Below, one piece after another: positions 59,868-64,000 of a stretch of 64,000 nt of DNA; within the stretch, counting starts at the first letter, position 1, and every line of letters begins with the position of its first letter. The notes beneath the pieces are model-generated. The model searched no databases. It was not told the DNA's origin and worked only from the letters and a program-made list of their open reading frames with translations. Position numbers and translations under genes: made by a program. This DNA is from Azolla caroliniana. Taxonomy: Eukaryota; Plantae; Polypodiophyta. The stretch lies in assembly GCA_043228905.1 (NCBI GenBank), contig JBHGNT010000014.1, positions 8,246,001-8,310,000 of the forward strand, in the 5' to 3' direction.

Positions 59868-62800
59868 CTACACTACGACACTCGCCCCCTCCAAACCCGC
59901 ACATCCTCCGGTATGTGCCGAAGTTCTTGATTCTTCGTATCCGTCTTCATCCGAAGCTTCCTCCGATTCTCCCCTTATGTCGACTATGAGTTGTAATCCA
60001 CTTTCTTCGCTTCCCGCATCATTGTGGTCTTCGTCCGATTGCTCCTCGTTGTCGGCCTCGACTTGGATCACATAAGGTTTGTCGTCGGTCCGCTTCTTGA
60101 AAATCTTCACCCGCTTCCCGGCTATAGGCACTCGTAGTATTGTTCCATCCAACTCGGACAGTCGGTACGTCCCGTTGTCGAAGACCTTCCGAACCTCGTA
60201 CGGCCCGAACCACCTTTTCGCGAATTTCCGCATCGTTGTATGTTGATGGTCCAAGCTACTATCATATACGATCACCCAATCTCCTTCTTCAATCCTCCTC
60301 GGTCGTAGTCGGTGCTTTGTGTCGAACCGGCTTTTGTTCCGGAATCGTGCTTCTTGTTGTCGGCGTGACGCTTCCGCTACATCTTTCGGTCTTCCCTCCA
60401 GTTGTCGTATCCGGACCGCTAGTAGTTCTTCCCGGCTCATCTCTTCCTTCCACGGTAGTATTGTCCATGTCGCGATTGCGGTTTCCGTTGGCATTACCGG
60501 TGCTTGTCCGGTCATGAGTTCTGCCGGCATGTATCCGGTCACGGAGCTATGCGTCGTCCGATCCGCCCATAGTGCATACGGAAGCATTTGTGGCCAATCC
60601 TTCACCCTTCCGTCGCATGCCTTCGCAAGTGCTTTCACGATCGGACTATGTCCTCGTTCAATCTTCCCGTTGGCCTCCGGATTGTAGGCCGTTGTCAACG
60701 TTAACCGAACTCCATGTTTGGCGAAGAATCCCCTAGCTTTGTCCGAGTCGAGTTCTCCCCGGTCCGCAATCACTTGTCCTACGCAGCCGTACCTACAAAA
60801 CACTTCTTCCAAAAGAAATTGGCACACCGCGGCACACGTTTTCCTCCGAAGCGCTCGACCTTCAACTTGGTTTGTGAGATCTTCTCGAGCTAACACCAAG
60901 TATTTCTTTTGTCCAATCCCGGTCGGCATAGCTACAATGTCGACCATCCACTTGAAGTTGATTGTCGGTGAGAATGTCGGATGCAGCTCATCTCGGTGTC
61001 GGACCCCGGAGTAGACTTGACATTTCTCGCAGCTTTCTGTGAACTTCGCGACATCTTTATACATGTTCTTCCACCAATATCTTTGCTTGATTTTCACAAA
61101 AGTTGCCCATGTTCCTCGATGTCCAGCCCAATCGGATTCGTGGAACTCGGACATTATCCGGTTTCGTTGCTCTTTCGTCCCGACTACTCGAAGTGGTATC
61201 CCATCCGGTCTTTTCGGCGTCCTCCATATTAAACCGTTTTCCAAGAAGAACTTTTGGACTTGCCTCTTCATCCTTCGGATCTCGGCTCTCCTTTCTTTAT
61301 CATTGGTTGAATCCTCGACCTCTTGTAGCATCTTCCCGATCATCAAGGTTTCCCCCTCGTATTCTTCTTCCCGGAATTCTCGGATCACATTCACTCGGCA
61401 TATGTGTTCTGACGTGAAGTAGTCTTCGGAAACTTCTTCATTATCTGATTCGGTTATGTCGTCTTCAAACCGCGCCCTCGATAACATGTCCGCTACCGCG
61501 TTGTCCTTCCCCGAGATGTGTCGAACCTCCGGATTAAGTGACTTGACATATGCAATCCACCTTAGCATAGCCACATCCGGTATCGTACAACACCGCATCA
61601 TCCCGAGTATCGGAAGACAATCCGTCTCGATCACCACTTCAGCTCCGATCAAATAATCCCGATCCGATTTTATCGCCGACACCACTCCCCACAATTCTCT
61701 TTTGACTTGTGCATATCCGCGTTGCCTTTCATTGAGGACCTTTGCTCCAAATCGGATCGGATACCGCGAACCATCCGAGTCGGCTTGATTGATGACCCAC
61801 CCGATACCGGTTGGACTTGTATCAACCGTTACTATGATTGGCCGCTCGTAGCTTGGCTTCTTAAGTGATTCCGCCCTCCATAGTGTCTTCTTGAGCTTCC
61901 TCATGGCTTTAGTGTGTTCCGGTTTCCACTCGAATTTCTTACCTTTCCGCAACAAGTGATAGAGCGGGTCCGCTATATGTGCATAGTGCGGAATCCATAT
62001 GTGATAGAATGCACACGCACCCAGAAACCTTCGGACTTCCGATGTTGACTCACATACTTCCTTCATAGCTTGAATCGCATCGATCTTTGTTGGTGACGGT
62101 CTTCGGCCGTAGGGTCCACATAGATGTCCGACCACCAATATTTCTTCTTGCCCGAATGCCGATTTCTCCCCGGAAAGTGTTAGGTGCACATCTTCTAGCT
62201 TTCGCAACACTTTCTCGCAATCATGAATATGGTCGATCACGAACTTTCGGCATCCCCGATCATCCATAGTCTCATCTTTTTCTTCCACCGCGCACCCTTT
62301 CATCGGAATGTCATCTAGAAACGGCATCGTTATCTCCGGGATGCAATCTCGAAGCACCTTGTTCATCGCGTTCATCATATGTGCAACCGAGTTTGTCGCT
62401 CCTTGTGGTAGTGTGCACATTCGAACTAGTCCTATCGGTGTCCGCATGGTAGTGATGTCTCGGCTCTCCACGGCTAGTTGGAATTGGTCATACCCCGAGT
62501 ATAGGTCCCCGATGGAGTATATCGCACGTCCGGCAAAAGCTTCCGCGAATTCGTCCACTATCGGACCGACTCCCGAGTTCCGGATCGTGACCTTGTTCAC
62601 CGGTTGCAAGTCTTGGATGAATCGGAGTGACCCATTCTTCTTCGGAACCGTAAACCATCGATTTGAGTATGGAGCACTTGATGGCTCTAGAATCCCCATC
62701 GCCACCTTCTCCTTGAGCAAGTCGATGACTTTCGGAATATGCGCCCGTGGCACCGGAATCGGCTTCAGGTTCCACGGTATATGATCAATCGTGAAAATCA

Positions 62801-63472
62801 CCATCGGCTCCACTATCTTTGGATCAATGCATCCGATCTCCCTCGATGTGAACGCGAATGCTTTGCCATGTTGCTCCAACATCTCTCGAAACCGTTTTTC
62901 TTCTTCTTGTAAGAGGAACCCACCTCCACCGATCCGAAGTTTCTTCCGGGTCTCATCTGTGAAGGCATGTCCGATATCCACGGTCTTCCGAAGTGTCGGA
63001 TCTCCCGAGACTTCTTTCCTCTTTTGTTCGCTATCGGCGGGTAGTGGTCCCGCGGCCGGTTTCACCTTCTTCTCCACGGTCTTGTATTTCGTACTTACCA
63101 TTGCTTCTTCTTTGCGGAGCGCATCCGGCCCCATTTTCGCAACGATCTCGTACATCTCGACCGATTCCACCGGGACTACCCGGTTCCCTTGGCTTTTATC
63201 TTCCGCAAGCTCTTCAAGCCGTTGTAGTGTATTCCCATAGAACACTTCCTCGATCACTCCCACGATTTCTTCGTCTTCTTTTATTATTGATGCCGACCGT
63301 AACTTATCCTCCACTTGTCGGTATTGTTTCTTCATTCCTCCGGTTACGGCCGTGTACGTAGATGCCCCATCCGGGCCGATTCGTACTTGTTTTGCTCCGA
63401 GAGTTTTCTTCCTGTGTGGGGTATCAGGGCTTCTCGGACTATCACTTCCCCACTCCGCAACAGTCCGCTTTA
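59868..63472 (-). CDS. Ty3/gypsy pol (RT, RNase H, integrase), probably reached by a -1 frameshift
   Basis: The 1155-aa ORF has DLYSGYDQF, PQGATNS, PFLDD, VDTSPTGIG, IADRGE and NGKIERGH. The frame stays open upstream of the ATG at 63335 back to the slippery site (FLKRTVAEWG...). Confidence 0.9.
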
Positions 63473-64000
63473 AAAATCCATTCTCACTTGGGACAAGAGT
63501 TCCCTCTTGTTCCTTTCGTGATTTGCCGGCACCGTTAGGAATTGGACGGATTTCCCTCCGTTTTGGCTCCGAATTCGCGCAAAAGCCGCACCACTATCGA
63601 GCACCTTCGTCTCCATCCGTGAAGCCGTGATAAAGGGTTGGCCGAGGATGACAGAATGTGAAACCTCATCCTGCACAAAGAAATTTTGGTCAATTTCGAC
63701 ATCCCCGATCTTTACCGTCACATCCGGACAAGCCGCAAATAGGTCTTCTGTCGTTTTCGTGGCTGCCCGAATCTTCCATCCATGGTTGGTGTTTATAGGC
63801 CACTTCCCCTTTCGGTAGAACTCCTTGGACATCAAGTTGATCTCCGATCCGTGATCAATCAATGCTAGCACGGGTTCTTTGATGTTGCCGATTCGGACCG
63901 GAGTCTCCGTAGTCGCACGGGCCCAGTGTGGCCTTGTATAGTGGGAGTTCGGAATTTCGCCTTCCACTTCGGTGTCGTTCGTTGAAACGGTATTTGCATT
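63470..64000 (-). CDS. C-terminus of gag-protease (retroviral-type aspartic protease)
   Basis: ALIDHGSEINLMS...VILGQPF. Ends ATG GAT TTT TAA. Confidence 0.88.
   Translation of the reverse strand, partial: NANTVSTNDTEVEGEIPNSHYTRPHWARATTETPVRIGNIKEPVLALIDHGSEINLMSKEFYRKGKWPINTNHGWKIRAATKTTEDLFAACPDVTVKIGDVEIDQNFFVQDEVSHSVILGQPFITASRMETKVLDSGAAFARIRSQNGGKSVQFLTVPANHERNKRELLSQVRMDF

Larger units (their letters stand above)
59068..64000 (-). mobile_element. Apparently intact Ty3/gypsy running off the window end; 3' LTR 59068-59880
   Basis: LTR TGTCGTG...TACGACA, PPT GGAGGGGGCGAG at 59881-59892, and uninterrupted protease and pol frames. Confidence 0.92.

Overview
Repeat-rich nuclear DNA from a land plant; a fern or other seed-free plant is my inference from the element types. 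There is one intact host gene, a 4-exon plastid ribosomal protein L13 (11323-14298, +). Most of the rest is nested Ty1/copia and Ty3/gypsy retrotransposons, including one very young intact copia (4103-9608) and one apparently intact Ty3 that runs off the right end. The standout is a 9.4-kb DNA transposon (19336-28757) with 36-bp TIRs and a candidate TTTA TSD. It carries two divergent genes: a Sola-like DDD transposase, and a 6-exon gene of about 974 codons that fuses a ParB/Srx-like domain to a bacterial-type beta-class amino (N4-C/N6-A) DNA methyltransferase. The predicted first intron of that gene contains 13 copies of a 25-bp palindrome at a 51-bp period. Both genes carry disabling mutations in this copy. 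A second signal is a G_GAU_UUU slippery site followed by a predicted pseudoknot after the protease, conserved in two diverged Ty3 copies. All calls were made by eye from the sequence and ORF track; no database searches were run.
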